From NCBI RefSeq assembly GCF_022846255.1, contig NZ_AP025682.1: a stretch of 64,000 bases of DNA; one strand, given 5' to 3'. The notes beneath the pieces are model-generated. The model saw nothing but the letters and a program-made list of their open reading frames with translations. It was not told the origin of the DNA and did not search any database. The DNA comes from Escherichia coli. Its GTDB lineage: Bacteria; Pseudomonadota; Gammaproteobacteria; Enterobacterales; Enterobacteriaceae. Of the stretch, positions 1 through 10,727 are shown piece after piece (the stretch's first letter is position 1; each line of letters starts with the position of its first letter). Position numbers and translations under genes: made by a program.

Positions 1-531
1 GTGAAATATGAATCAGATGGAGGCCCAGGCATCGCGCGGATCATGGCTTTTTTGATGGGGTCCTGCGAGGCGCTGAAAGATCGCTATGATTTTATGAAGT
101 TTCAGGTGTTCCAGTGGTTGATTGGCGCAACGGATGGCCATGCAAAAAACTTCTCCGTATTTATTCAGGCTGGCGGCAGTTATCGACTCACGCCATTTTA
201 CGACATCATTTCAGCATTTCCGGTATTGGGTGGCGCGGAAATACACATCAGCGATCTCAAACTGGCAATGGGGCTTAATGCATCCAAAGGCAAAAAAACG
301 GCAATCGATAAAATTTATCCGCGACATTTTCTGGCGACAGCAAAGGTGCTGAAATTTCCGCAAGTGCAGATGCATGAAATCCTGAGTGACTTTGCCAGAA
401 TGATTCCGGCAGCACTGGATAACGTGAAGACTTCATTACCGACAGATTTTCCGGAGAACGTGGTGACGGCAGTTGAAACCAATGTGTTGAGGTTGCACCG
501 TCGGTTAAGCCGAGAATACGGTATTAAGTAA
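1..531 (+). CDS. hipA: HipA serine/threonine kinase toxin, C-terminal 176 codons (gene starts upstream of the window)
   Basis: ORF translation matches the HipA C-terminal region (…GATDGHAKNFSVFIQAGGSYRLTPFYDIISAFPVLGG…LRLHRRLSREYGIK); truncated by the window edge, not a pseudogene. Confidence 0.9.
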   Translation: MKYESDGGPGIARIMAFLMGSCEALKDRYDFMKFQVFQWLIGATDGHAKNFSVFIQAGGSYRLTPFYDIISAFPVLGGAEIHISDLKLAMGLNASKGKKTAIDKIYPRHFLATAKVLKFPQVQMHEILSDFARMIPAALDNVKTSLPTDFPENVVTAVETNVLRLHRRLSREYGIK

Positions 532-811
532 GATATGGGGTGTGGCCGTTGTTAATGAGCAGGACAATCATGACCGCCAACGGCTGGATTCTCCCTTGGT
601 TTATGTTGGTGCGCATAATGTATATTATGTTAAATTGAATTTGAGTGATGCGAAGCGATTTTCCAGTCGTCGTTATTACTTCAGGGTTCCAGAACATAAA
701 GCCTCTCCTCTTTCATAATTGGCCTGTGCATACCGGATATAGGCTGGCTGGTATGCAGGTTTGCCGTTTGCCGCATCTTCCCTGCGTTGATGAGTCAGGC
801 TGGCAAACCGC

Positions 812-1066
812 GTGCAAATGAACACCCCCTCTTTCCATCAACATTTCAGACAGCTTGCGGGAATGAGTCCACTCCGGTATCGGAAATGGCTAAGCCTCAA
901 TGAAGCCAGGCGACTGATGCTGAATGAACATTACGATGTCACCACTGCAGCCTATGCTGTCGGTTACGAAAGCTTATCCCATTTCAGTCGGGAATATTCG
1001 CGGATGTTTGGAGAGTCACCTAAGAGAGATATTACCAGGTTAAGAAAGTCTGTCGGTCAGCTTTAA
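812..1066 (+). pseudogene. yneL: AraC-family regulator remnant (C-terminal helix-turn-helix only)
   Basis: 84-aa ORF is only the AraC-type C-terminal HTH (…LSHFSREYSRMFGESPKRD…); no N-terminal domain in frame upstream; position between hipA and the fimbrial operon as for K-12 yneL. Confidence 0.6.
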
Positions 1067-1292
1067 TAAACCCTACACTTATCTGTTTAGAGCAATTCCG
1101 TGTTAGTTACACCAGGCAAACATTAACTATGGCTAATGATTTATAGCCATATAAACCATTGGTCGCTCTTGACCTTTCCTGACACTTCCCTTGTTCGCAA
1201 TAATATTCTGTTTAGTCACGGTTTATAAATAACATGCATAATGAAATCGTCATGTTATTTAGCGACATAAAATGTCTTTGCAAATACTCTCT

Positions 1293-1320
1293 ACAACAAG
1301 TGCTGCAATAAACTTGTTGT
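1293..1320 (+). promoter_or_regulatory. Inverted repeat (acaacaag…cttgttgt) in the AT-rich leader upstream of the fimbrial major subunit
   Basis: 8-bp arms with 12-bp spacer read directly in sequence; function unknown. Confidence 0.3.
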
Positions 1321-1499
1321 GATTAGGTGTCCTTGTAATTTAAAGATATTATCGTTCTTCGTGAAATGTAATAACCCTGGAAACTATATTCTCAGGGCAA
1401 CTACCAATTAAGAATGATTCTTGTTTTATAAGCAATAACAGAATGACTTAATTGTTAACTCTCTTTATTCAGCTACTTAAATATAAATTTTGGAGAATT

Positions 1500-2063
1500 A
1501 TGAAACTCAAACATGTCGGTATGATTGTCGTTTCTGTATTGGCGATGTCGTCTGCTGCGGTAAGCGCAGCCGAGGGTGATGAATCAGTAACGACCACTGT
1601 TAATGGCGGTGTTATTCATTTTAAAGGTGAAGTGGTAAATGCCGCTTGTGCGATTGATTCAGAATCAATGAACCAAACGGTTGAGCTGGGTCAGGTCCGT
1701 TCTTCTCGTCTGGCTAAAGCGGGTGACCTCAGCTCCGCCGTTGGCTTCAATATCAAGCTGAATGATTGTGATACCAATGTTTCCAGTAATGCAGCTGTTG
1801 CATTCCTGGGTACTACTGTCACCAGTAATGACGATACATTAGCGCTGCAGAGTTTAGCGGCAGGCTCTGCCCAAAATGTTGGTATTCAAATTTTGGACCG
1901 TACGGGGGAGGTATTAATACTTGATGGTGCCACTTTTAGCGCTAAAACTGACTTGATTGATGGCACGAATATATTGCCGTTCCAGGCTCGATATATTGCT
2001 CTCGGGCAGTCAGTAGCTGGTACTGCAAACGCAGATGCGACCTTCAAAGTTCAATATCTATAA
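1500..2063 (+). CDS. F9/Yde-type fimbrial major subunit (FimA-like pilin)
   Basis: Signal peptide [23 protein letters not shown] followed by pilin-like sequence with conserved Cys pair; GGAG ribosome-binding site before ATG 1500; first gene of chaperone-usher operon. Confidence 0.85.
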   Translation: MKLKHVGMIVVSVLAMSSAAVSAAEGDESVTTTVNGGVIHFKGEVVNAACAIDSESMNQTVELGQVRSSRLAKAGDLSSAVGFNIKLNDCDTNVSSNAAVAFLGTTVTSNDDTLALQSLAAGSAQNVGIQILDRTGEVLILDGATFSAKTDLIDGTNILPFQARYIALGQSVAGTANADATFKVQYL

Positions 2064-2104
2064 TTCAATCTTAAGGTGGCTATACGTCATCTGAAATTGA
2101 AACA

Positions 2105-2133
2105 GGGTGTGTGTGGCATGGCTACGCACACCC
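2105..2133 (+). terminator. Intra-operon stem-loop after the major pilin gene (possible attenuator)
   Basis: gggtgtgtgt…acgcacaccc hairpin about 40 bp after the pilin stop; such hairpins after the major subunit gene are typical of chaperone-usher operons. Confidence 0.45.
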
Positions 2134-2415
2134 GAGCAATATACCTATGTTCATCTCATTTTTAATGAGGAATGGTTTTTATTTGGGAGCACTATGAAAA
2201 ATCACATAATATCTAAACGATCAATAAACAACAGTAGTTAAACTTGCTGTTATTTAAAATATTTACTTGGTAGCAAGGTTTTCCTATCAAAAGAGAACCA
2301 ACATTTATTACAAACGCATTAAGTCTGGAAACCCGGCGACTCGCCAATGTATTAGCAATATTTACCGATTGTCTGATGTAACGGTTTCCCCGCTTATCCT
2401 CTTAACACATGGAGA

Positions 2416-3135
2416 ATGCATCAGATGCAAACTACGCGTACCCCCTACTCTGTTTCCTTTATGGCGACAGTGTTACTTTTATTGCTCTTTGCTTGCCATA
2501 GCACCATTGCCAACGCAGCTGTCGCACTTGGTGCGACGCGGGTAATTTATCCGGCAAACCAGAAACAGGTTTTATTGCCTGTCACGAATAATGATCCTGC
2601 CAGTGTCTATCTCATTCAGTCATGGATAGAAAATGCGGGTGACCAGAAAGATACCCAGTTTGTCATTACCCCACCGCTTTTTTCCATGCAAGGTAAAAAA
2701 GAGAATACGCTTCGGATAATCAACGCCACTAATCATCAGTTACCAGGCGACCGTGAAAGCCTGTTCTGGGTTAATGTTAAAGCTATCCCTGCTATGGAAA
2801 AAGACCAGAAGAATGAGAATACATTACAGCTGGCAATTATTAGCCGCATAAAAATGTTTTATCGCCCCACGCATCTGGCAATGGCACCTGAAGAAGCGCC
2901 TGCAATGCTTCGGTTTCGTCGCAGCGGTAGCAAATTCACTCTTATTAATCCAACGCCCTACTTCATTACCGTAACGAATATGAAAGCAGGAAATAGCAAT
3001 CTCCCAAACACCATGGTGCCGCCAAAAGGTGAAGTATCGGTGGATATCCCGCATGCGGCAACCGGGGATATCAGTTTTCAGACAATCAATGATTACGGTG
3101 CATTAACTCCGCGTATTAAGGCAACCATGCAGTAA
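2416..3135 (+). CDS. Periplasmic fimbrial chaperone (PapD/FimC-like)
   Basis: N-terminal signal peptide (…LLLLLFACHSTIANA) and chaperone-like sequence; start codon uncertain (2416 to 2461). Confidence 0.8.
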   Translation: MHQMQTTRTPYSVSFMATVLLLLLFACHSTIANAAVALGATRVIYPANQKQVLLPVTNNDPASVYLIQSWIENAGDQKDTQFVITPPLFSMQGKKENTLRIINATNHQLPGDRESLFWVNVKAIPAMEKDQKNENTLQLAIISRIKMFYRPTHLAMAPEEAPAMLRFRRSGSKFTLINPTPYFITVTNMKAGNSNLPNTMVPPKGEVSVDIPHAATGDISFQTINDYGALTPRIKATMQ

Positions 3136-3176
3136 GCCAGTGACCTAATTAATAATAAACTCAATCGGGATTAAAA

Positions 3177-5828
3177 ATGACAGCCTTTCGTGCCGCATTT
3201 AAGGCATATCGTATGCATCAGGTGTTAATACTGCCTCGCTTTGCACGGCTTACCTTTGCCCTTGGCTTAGCAACTGCGGTTTTTCCCGTTGACGCAGAGT
3301 ATTATTTTAATCCACGGTTTTTAAGCAATGACCTTGCTGAATCTGTCGATTTATCTGCCTTTACTAAGGGACGCGAGGCCCCACCTGGTACATATCGGGT
3401 CGACATTTATTTGAACGACGAATTTATGGCTAGTCGGGATATTACTTTTATTGCAGATGATAATAACGCAGATCTCATCCCATGCCTGAGTACAGACCTT
3501 CTTGTCAGTCTTGGCATAAAAAAATCAGCATTATTAGACAACAAGGAACATTCGGCAGAAAAACATGTGCCGGACAACAGCGCATGCACACCACTTCAGG
3601 ATCGTTTGGCTGACGCATCATCTGAGTTTGATGTTGGTCAGCAACATCTGTCACTCTCCGTTCCGCAAATATATGTCGGCAGAATGGCTCGCGGCTATGT
3701 TTCTCCTGATCTGTGGGAAGAAGGAATAAATGCCGGGCTACTAAACTATAGTTTTAATGGTAATTCTATTAATAACCGTAGTAACCATAATGCAGGAAAA
3801 TCCAACTATGCATATTTGAATTTACAGAGTGGCATCAACATTGGTAGTTGGCGACTGCGCGATAACTCAACGTGGAGTTATAACAGTGGGAGTAGCAATT
3901 CATCTGACAGCAATAAATGGCAGCATATCAATACGTCGGCTGAACGTGACATTATTCCGTTACGCTCACGGTTAACAGTGGGTGATAGTTATACCGATGG
4001 CGATATTTTTGACAGTGTGAACTTTCGTGGCCTTAAAATAAATTCAACAGAAGCGATGTTGCCCGATAGCCAACATGGTTTCGCTCCGGTGATTCATGGT
4101 ATTGCTCGTGGCACCGCACAAGTGAGTGTAAAACAGAATGGATACGATGTTTATCAGACTACTGTCCCACCCGGCCCTTTTACTATTGATGATATCAACT
4201 CTGCGGCCAATGGTGGTGATCTGCAAGTAACCATAAAAGAGGCAGACGGCAGTATTCAGACATTATATGTTCCTTATTCGTCTGTTCCGGTTCTCCAACG
4301 TGCTGGATATACGCGTTATGCACTTGCCATGGGGGAATATCGTAGTGGAAATAACCTGCAAAGCACCCCCAAGTTCGTACAAGCAAGCTTGATGCATGGT
4401 CTGAAAGGAAACTGGACACCTTATGGCGGAATGCAAATTGCAGAAGATTATCAGGCCTTCAACCTTGGTATTGGTAAAGATTTAGGACTTTTTGGTGCCT
4501 TTTCTTTCGATATTACGCAGGCCAATACGACACTTGCAGATGACACCCGTCACAGCGGACAATCGGTTAAATCCGTCTACAGCAAATCCTTCTACCAGAC
4601 GGGAACCAATATCCAGGTCGCAGGATATCGCTATTCTACGCAAGGTTTTTATAACTTATCCGACAGTGCATACAGTCGAATGAGTGGTTACACCGTCAAG
4701 CCTCCTACCGGAGACACCAGTGAGCAGACACTATTTATTGATTATTTTAATCTGTTCTACAGTAAGCGTGATCAGGAACAAATAAGCATCTCTCAGCAGC
4801 TTGGAAATTACGGTACGACATTTTTCAGTGCCAGTCGCCAAAGTTACTGGAACACGTCACGCAGCGACCAGCAAATATCATTTGGATTAAATGTGCCGTT
4901 TGGTGATATTACGACTTCGCTGAATTACAGCTATTCCAATAATATATGGCAAAACGATCGGGATCATTTACTCGCTTTTACGCTTAATGTTCCCTTTAGT
5001 CATTGGATGCGTACAGACAGTCAGTCGGCATTTCATAATTCAAACGCCAGTTACAGTATGTCAAACGATTTGAAAGGCGGCATGACCAACCTATCAGGGG
5101 TTTATGGCACTCTGCTACCGGATAATAACCTGAATTATAGTGTTCAGGTCGGTAACACCCAAGGGGGTAATACATCGTCTGGCACCAGTGGTTACAGTTC
5201 TCTTAATTATCGTGGAGCTTACGGTAATACGAATGTCGGTTACAGTCGGAGTGGTGACAGCAGCCAGATTTATTACGGAATGAGTGGTGGGATTATTGCT
5301 CATGCTGATGGCATCACCTTTGGACAGCCGCTGGGCGACACAATGGTTCTGGTTAAGGCTCCTGGCGCTGATAATGTCAAAATAGAGAACCAGACCGGAA
5401 TTCATACCGACTGGCGTGGCTATGCCATATTACCATTTGCGACAGAATATAGAGAAAATCGTGTCGCTCTTAACGCGAATTCCCTTGCAGATAATGTTGA
5501 ACTGGATGAAACCGTAGTCACTGTCATCCCAACTCACGGTGCTATTGCCAGAGCAACATTTAATGCACAAATCGGCGGGAAAGTATTAATGACGTTGAAG
5601 TACGGTAATAAAAGCGTTCCATTCGGTGCAATTGTCACTCACGGAGAGAATAAAAATGGCAGCATTGTCGCGGAAAATGGTCAGGTTTATCTGACTGGAC
5701 TTCCACAGTCAGGGAAATTACAGGTTTCATGGGGCAATGATAAAAACTCAAACTGTATTGTCGATTACAAGCTTCCTGTAGTCTCTCCTGGAACCTTGCT
5801 GAACCAGCAGACAGCAATCTGTCGCTAA
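3177..5828 (+). CDS. ydeT: Fimbrial outer-membrane usher (FimD-like), full length
   Basis: 883-aa ORF with usher hallmarks (YFNPRFL…, GTYRVDIYLN…, C-terminal Cys pair); a pseudogene in K-12 but intact here; exact start uncertain. Confidence 0.85.
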   Translation: MTAFRAAFKAYRMHQVLILPRFARLTFALGLATAVFPVDAEYYFNPRFLSNDLAESVDLSAFTKGREAPPGTYRVDIYLNDEFMASRDITFIADDNNADLIPCLSTDLLVSLGIKKSALLDNKEHSAEKHVPDNSACTPLQDRLADASSEFDVGQQHLSLSVPQIYVGRMARGYVSPDLWEEGINAGLLNYSFNGNSINNRSNHNAGKSNYAYLNLQSGINIGSWRLRDNSTWSYNSGSSNSSDSNKWQHINTSAERDIIPLRSRLTVGDSYTDGDIFDSVNFRGLKINSTEAMLPDSQHGFAPVIHGIARGTAQVSVKQNGYDVYQTTVPPGPFTIDDINSAANGGDLQVTIKEADGSIQTLYVPYSSVPVLQRAGYTRYALAMGEYRSGNNLQSTPKFVQASLMHGLKGNWTPYGGMQIAEDYQAFNLGIGKDLGLFGAFSFDITQANTTLADDTRHSGQSVKSVYSKSFYQTGTNIQVAGYRYSTQGFYNLSDSAYSRMSGYTVKPPTGDTSEQTLFIDYFNLFYSKRDQEQISISQQLGNYGTTFFSASRQSYWNTSRSDQQISFGLNVPFGDITTSLNYSYSNNIWQNDRDHLLAFTLNVPFSHWMRTDSQSAFHNSNASYSMSNDLKGGMTNLSGVYGTLLPDNNLNYSVQVGNTQGGNTSSGTSGYSSLNYRGAYGNTNVGYSRSGDSSQIYYGMSGGIIAHADGITFGQPLGDTMVLVKAPGADNVKIENQTGIHTDWRGYAILPFATEYRENRVALNANSLADNVELDETVVTVIPTHGAIARATFNAQIGGKVLMTLKYGNKSVPFGAIVTHGENKNGSIVAENGQVYLTGLPQSGKLQVSWGNDKNSNCIVDYKLPVVSPGTLLNQQTAICR

Positions 5829-5841
5829 GGAACAATAGATT

Positions 5842-6372
5842 ATGAAATACAATAACATTATTTTCCTCGGTTTATGTCTGGGGTTAACCACCTATTCTGC
5901 TTTATCCGCAGATAGTGTTATTAAAATTAGCGGGCGCGTCCTCGATTATGGCTGCACAGTCTCATCGGATTCGCTTAATTTTACCGTAGATCTCCAAAAA
6001 AACAGTGCCAGACAATTTCCAACGACCGGTAGCACAAGTCCAGTCGTCCCTTTTCAGATTACATTAAGTGAATGCAGCAAAGGGACAACGGGAGTTCGGG
6101 TTGCATTTAACGGTATTGAGGATGCAGAAAATAATACTCTGTTGAAACTAGATGAAGGAAGCAATACGGCCTCCGGTTTGGGTATAGAAATACTGGACGG
6201 AAATATGCGTCCGGTGAAATTGAATGACCTTCATGCTGGGATGCAGTGGATCCCATTGGTACCAGAACAGAACAATATTTTGCCTTACTCCGCTCGTTTG
6301 AAGTCAACTCAGAAGTCCGTCAATCCAGGACTGGTGAGCGCTTCGGCAACCTTTACCCTTGAATTTAAATAA
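5842..6372 (+). CDS. ydeS: Fimbrial minor subunit (FimF-like)
   Basis: 176 aa with signal peptide; length and order match K-12 ydeS. Confidence 0.85.
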   Translation: MKYNNIIFLGLCLGLTTYSALSADSVIKISGRVLDYGCTVSSDSLNFTVDLQKNSARQFPTTGSTSPVVPFQITLSECSKGTTGVRVAFNGIEDAENNTLLKLDEGSNTASGLGIEILDGNMRPVKLNDLHAGMQWIPLVPEQNNILPYSARLKSTQKSVNPGLVSASATFTLEFK

Positions 6373-6384
6373 TCAGAGTCAGAT

Positions 6385-6888
6385 ATGAAAAGACTTCACA
6401 AGAGGTTCCTGTTAGCTACGTTTTGCACATTATTCACAGCAACTCTCCAGGCCGCCGATGTCACTATCACTGTTAATGGTCGGGTAGTCGCTAAACCATG
6501 CACTATTCAAACCAAAGAAGCTAACGTTAATCTCGGGGATCTTTATACACGCAATCTGCAACAACCTGGTTCTGCATCTGGCTGGCACAATATTACTTTG
6601 TCATTAACCGATTGTCCGATTGAAACAAGTGCAGTGACGGCAATCGTGACAGGTTCAACTGACAATACGGGTTATTACAAAAATGAAGGTACTGCCGAAA
6701 ATATTCAGATAGAGCTAAGGGATGACCAGGATGCGACGTTAAAAAATGGCGATAGCAAAACGGTTATTGTTGATGAGATCACTCGTAATGCACAGTTTCC
6801 ACTTAAGGCAAGAGCTATCACGGTGAATGGAAACGCAAGCCAGGGTACGATCGAGGCGCTAATCAATGTGATCTATACCTGGCAATAA
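6385..6888 (+). CDS. ydeR: Fimbrial minor subunit (FimG-like)
   Basis: 167 aa with signal peptide; length and order match K-12 ydeR. Confidence 0.85.
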   Translation: MKRLHKRFLLATFCTLFTATLQAADVTITVNGRVVAKPCTIQTKEANVNLGDLYTRNLQQPGSASGWHNITLSLTDCPIETSAVTAIVTGSTDNTGYYKNEGTAENIQIELRDDQDATLKNGDSKTVIVDEITRNAQFPLKARAITVNGNASQGTIEALINVIYTWQ

Positions 6889-6947
6889 CATCAATTTGAT
6901 TTTATTTTCCTCCTTTTTAAATCAATTTTTTAACCTTAGGATATATC

Positions 6948-7862
6948 ATGGGTAAAACATTCAGTATAAAGGTCCTGTTCGGTATTTATCTTCTATTAAT
7001 TGCAGGCAAAGTTTTTGCCTTCAGTTGTAATGTCGATGGCGGGTCAAGTATTGGAGCAGGTACAACCTCTGTTTATGTTAATCTCGATCCTGTAATACAA
7101 CCGGGCCAGAATCTGGTTGTAGACTTGTCTCAGCATATAAGTTGCTGGAATGATTACGGCGGCTGGTACGACACTGATCATATAAACCTGGTACAAGGAT
7201 CAGCTTTCGCAGGCTCCCTACAGTCATATAAAGGATCACTGTACTGGAATAATGTGACCTACCCTTTCCCGTTGACGACAAATACCAACGTATTGGATAT
7301 TGGTGATAAGACACCGATGCCATTACCGTTAAAACTCTATATTACCCCAGTCGGAGCGGCTGGTGGAGTTGTCATAAAAGCAGGGGAAGTTATTGCCCGT
7401 ATTCATATGTATAAAATTGCCACGTTAGGAAGCGGAAATCCGCGTAATTTTACGTGGAATATTATTTCAAATAACAGTGTTGTTATGCCAACAGGCGGTT
7501 GCACCGTTGATAGTCGTAATGTCACCGTGAATCTCCCGGACTTTCCTGGAAGCGCAGAAATACCCCTTGGTGTATATTGCTCTAGCGAACAAAAGCTCTC
7601 ATTTTATCTTTCGGGTGCCACCACTGACAGTGCCCGACAAGTGTTTGCTAACACAGCACCAGATGCAACAAAAGCATCGGGCGTGGGTGTCTCTCTGATG
7701 CGTAATGGAAAAACACTGGCAACAGGAGAAAATGTCTCCCTGGGGACAGTAAATAAAAGCAAAGTACCTCTGGGTTTAAGCGCAACCTATGGACAAACAG
7801 GAAACAAGGTTGCAGCCGGAGCCGTCCAGTCAGTCATTGGTGTCACTTTTATCTATGAATAA
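6948..7862 (+). CDS. ydeQ: Fimbrial tip adhesin (FimH-like two-domain adhesin)
   Basis: 304 aa with signal peptide; last gene of operon; length matches K-12 ydeQ. Confidence 0.85.
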   Translation: MGKTFSIKVLFGIYLLLIAGKVFAFSCNVDGGSSIGAGTTSVYVNLDPVIQPGQNLVVDLSQHISCWNDYGGWYDTDHINLVQGSAFAGSLQSYKGSLYWNNVTYPFPLTTNTNVLDIGDKTPMPLPLKLYITPVGAAGGVVIKAGEVIARIHMYKIATLGSGNPRNFTWNIISNNSVVMPTGGCTVDSRNVTVNLPDFPGSAEIPLGVYCSSEQKLSFYLSGATTDSARQVFANTAPDATKASGVGVSLMRNGKTLATGENVSLGTVNKSKVPLGLSATYGQTGNKVAAGAVQSVIGVTFIYE

Positions 7863-7934
7863 TTGTGATTTTGACATTAGTCTATGCGCTCCATTCACGA
7901 AAATTGCGCGGATAATTATTTTGTGAAGGCTATT

Positions 7935-7952
7935 ATCCTACACTTGTAAGAA
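7935..7952 (+). promoter_or_regulatory. EvgA box upstream of ydeP
   Basis: aTCCTACA-CT-TGTAAGAA matches the EvgA inverted-repeat consensus TTCYTACA-N2-TGTRGAA. Confidence 0.6.
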
Positions 7953-8051
7953 AATCCGCGCACAATTGAAGCCAGAGTCTTATTTTTTATATTGAGAATT
8001 ATGTTAATTTAAACCCTATGAGAGATGATGCTTAACTTATCGTATTTATAC

Positions 8052-8110
8052 TACTCTATTATTTAACGATAATAGAGTAAAAATAGTAAGAGAGTAGTCC
8101 CCTACTCTTA
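8052..8110 (+). repeat. Perfect 11-bp inverted repeat (tactctattat-ttaacg-ataatagagta) plus further TACTCT/AGAGTA copies
   Basis: Read directly in the ydeQ-ydeP intergenic region; four copies of the hexamer in alternating orientation. Confidence 0.5.
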
Positions 8111-8200
8111 TATATCCATGTTGACGATAAACCCTATGTATATACTGTGCATCATCGCTATTACAAATCCTAATAATTCATTTCCACACAGGATAAGCAG

Positions 8201-10480
8201 ATGAAGAAAAAAATTGAATCCTACCAGGGAGCTGCCGGTGGTTGGGGTGCTGTTAAATCCGTAGCGAATGCAGTACGTAAGCAGATGGATATACGCCAGG
8301 ATGTTATTGCCATGTTTGACATGAATAAGCCAGAGGGCTTTGACTGTCCGGGATGTGCATGGCCAGATCCTAAGCACAGTGCGTCATTCGACATTTGTGA
8401 AAACGGCGCAAAAGCAATCGCCTGGGAAGCCACGGATAAGCAGGTAAATGCCTCTTTCTTTGCTGAGAATACGGTTCAATCATTACTTACCTGGGGAGAT
8501 CACGAGCTTGAGGCTGCGGGACGTCTCACTCAGCCTTTGAAATATGATGACGTCAGCGACTGTTACAAGCTATTAAGCTGGCAACAAGCTTTCGACGAAA
8601 TTGGCGAACGCCTTCAAAGCTATAGTGATCCCAATCAGGTTGAATTCTATACTTCGGGCCGCACTTCCAATGAAGCTGCCTTTCTTTATCAGCTTTTTGC
8701 CCGTGAATACGGGAGCAATAACTTCCCCGACTGCTCCAACATGTGCCATGAACCGACCAGTGTGGGTTTGGCAGCGAGTATCGGTGTAGGTAAAGGGACC
8801 GTGTTGCTGGAAGACTTTGAGAAATGCGATTTAGTCATTTGCATTGGGCATAACCCTGGTACAAACCACCCTCGCATGTTGACTTCGTTGCGCGCTTTAG
8901 TGAAACGGGGAGCGAAAATGATCGCCATCAATCCTCTACAGGAACGTGGCCTGGAGCGATTTACCGCACCGCAAAACCCGTTTGAAATGCTGACGAACTC
9001 TGAGACTCAGTTGGCCAGTGCCTACTACAACGTGCGCATTGGTGGTGATATGGCGTTGCTCAAGGGGATGATGCGCCTGTTAATTGAGCGCGATGATGCT
9101 GCAAGCGCCGCAGGTCGGCCCTCATTGCTGGATGACGAATTTATTCAAACGCATACCGTCGGCTTTGACGAGCTACGCCGTGACGTGCTCAATTCCGAGT
9201 GGAAAGATATCGAACGTATTTCTGGATTAAGTCAGACTCAAATCGCCGAACTGGCTGATGCATATGCCGCTGCCGAACGCACCATTATCTGTTACGGAAT
9301 GGGGATCACTCAGCACGAACATGGTACCCAGAATGTACAGCAACTGGTCAATCTGCTGTTGATGAAAGGTAACATTGGCAAGCCTGGTGCGGGTATCTGC
9401 CCACTACGAGGTCACTCTAATGTACAGGGCGACCGAACCGTCGGTATCACCGAGAAACCGTCTGCAGAGTTTCTGGCTCGCCTGGGTGAGCGCTATGGTT
9501 TCACCCCACCTCATGCACCTGGACATGCTGCAATTGCCAGCATGCAAGCAATATGTACGGGGCAGGCTCGCGCATTGATCTGCATGGGGGGCAACTTTGC
9601 ACTGGCAATGCCAGATCGGGAAGCGAGCGCTGTACCGTTAACGCAATTAGATCTGGCGGTACACGTTGCCACTAAGCTTAACCGCTCTCATCTGCTGACC
9701 GCACGGCATAGCTATATTCTGCCGGTTCTGGGACGTAGCGAGATTGACATGCAAAAAAGCGGTGCGCAGGCGGTAACCGTTGAAGATTCAATGTCGATGA
9801 TTCATGCCTCGCGTGGTGTGTTAAAACCCGCCGGTGTAATGCTGAAATCAGAGTGTGCAGTGGTCGCGGGAATCGCGCAAGCAGCACTACCCCAGAGCGT
9901 GGTAGCCTGGGAGTATCTGGTGGAAGATTATGATCGCATTCGCAATGACATTGAAGCTGTGCTGCCAGAGTTTGCCGACTATAACCAGCGCATCCGTCAT
10001 CCTGGTGGTTTTCACCTGATAAACGCAGCAGCTGAAAGGCGCTGGATGACGTCGTCAGGTAAGGCTAATTTCATTACCAGTAAAGGGCTGTTAGAAGATC
10101 CCTCTTCAGCGTTTAACAGTAAGCTGGTCATGGCGACAGTACGCAGTCACGATCAGTACAACACGACGATTTATGGTATGGATGATCGCTATCGAGGGGT
10201 ATTCGGTCAACGAGATGTGGTCTTTATGAGTGCTAAACAAGCTAAAATTTGCCGTGTAAAAAACGGCGAAAGAGTTAATCTTATTGCACTCACGCCAGAC
10301 GGTAAACGTAGCTCACGCCGCATGGATAGATTAAAAGTGGTCATTTACCCTATGGCTGACCGCTCACTGGTGACCTATTTTCCAGAATCGAATCACATGC
10401 TAACACTTGATAACCACGATCCATTAAGTGGCATTCCTGGCTATAAAAGTATTCCGGTTGAATTAGAACCATCAAATTAA
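8201..10480 (+). CDS. ydeP: Acid-resistance molybdopterin oxidoreductase (formate dehydrogenase-like, FdhF family)
   Basis: 759-aa ORF matching YdeP length and sequence; no in-frame TGA. Confidence 0.92.
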   Translation: MKKKIESYQGAAGGWGAVKSVANAVRKQMDIRQDVIAMFDMNKPEGFDCPGCAWPDPKHSASFDICENGAKAIAWEATDKQVNASFFAENTVQSLLTWGDHELEAAGRLTQPLKYDDVSDCYKLLSWQQAFDEIGERLQSYSDPNQVEFYTSGRTSNEAAFLYQLFAREYGSNNFPDCSNMCHEPTSVGLAASIGVGKGTVLLEDFEKCDLVICIGHNPGTNHPRMLTSLRALVKRGAKMIAINPLQERGLERFTAPQNPFEMLTNSETQLASAYYNVRIGGDMALLKGMMRLLIERDDAASAAGRPSLLDDEFIQTHTVGFDELRRDVLNSEWKDIERISGLSQTQIAELADAYAAAERTIICYGMGITQHEHGTQNVQQLVNLLLMKGNIGKPGAGICPLRGHSNVQGDRTVGITEKPSAEFLARLGERYGFTPPHAPGHAAIASMQAICTGQARALICMGGNFALAMPDREASAVPLTQLDLAVHVATKLNRSHLLTARHSYILPVLGRSEIDMQKSGAQAVTVEDSMSMIHASRGVLKPAGVMLKSECAVVAGIAQAALPQSVVAWEYLVEDYDRIRNDIEAVLPEFADYNQRIRHPGGFHLINAAAERRWMTSSGKANFITSKGLLEDPSSAFNSKLVMATVRSHDQYNTTIYGMDDRYRGVFGQRDVVFMSAKQAKICRVKNGERVNLIALTPDGKRSSRRMDRLKVVIYPMADRSLVTYFPESNHMLTLDNHDPLSGIPGYKSIPVELEPSN

Positions 10481-10598
10481 TTCGCCTCCTCATTTCTTCT
10501 GCTGTCATCCGCACAGCAGAAGAATTCCTCATTGACTATTATCGCGCAATTTGCTCACATGGATTAAATTAAACCACACACTATAAGATATAAACTTC

Positions 10599-10616
10599 TG
10601 CCTACAGCTGTAAGAA
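10599..10616 (+). promoter_or_regulatory. EvgA box upstream of safA-ydeO
   Basis: TGCCTACA-GC-TGTAAGAA matches the EvgA consensus. Confidence 0.6.
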
Positions 10617-10727
10617 ACTCCGCTCAGTACTGAAGTACCCGTCCTATTTCCTCTATTCTCCAGCCTGTTATATTAAGCATACTGATTAACGATGCTTAAC
10701 GTCATTCGTTTAATAAACACATTTGAA

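Noticed and set aside
1-531. hipA as a truncated gene
   Set aside because: Truncation is by the window edge; the reading frame is open to position 1
1067-1499. Possible invertible phase-variation switch (fimS-like) upstream of the F9 operon
   Set aside because: Only short hairpins were found, no pair of ~9-bp inverted repeats flanking a promoter segment, and no recombinase gene nearby
2267-2545. 92-aa ORF in the pilin-chaperone gap
   Set aside because: Overlaps the chaperone start in another frame; no ribosome-binding site; unusual composition; likely spurious
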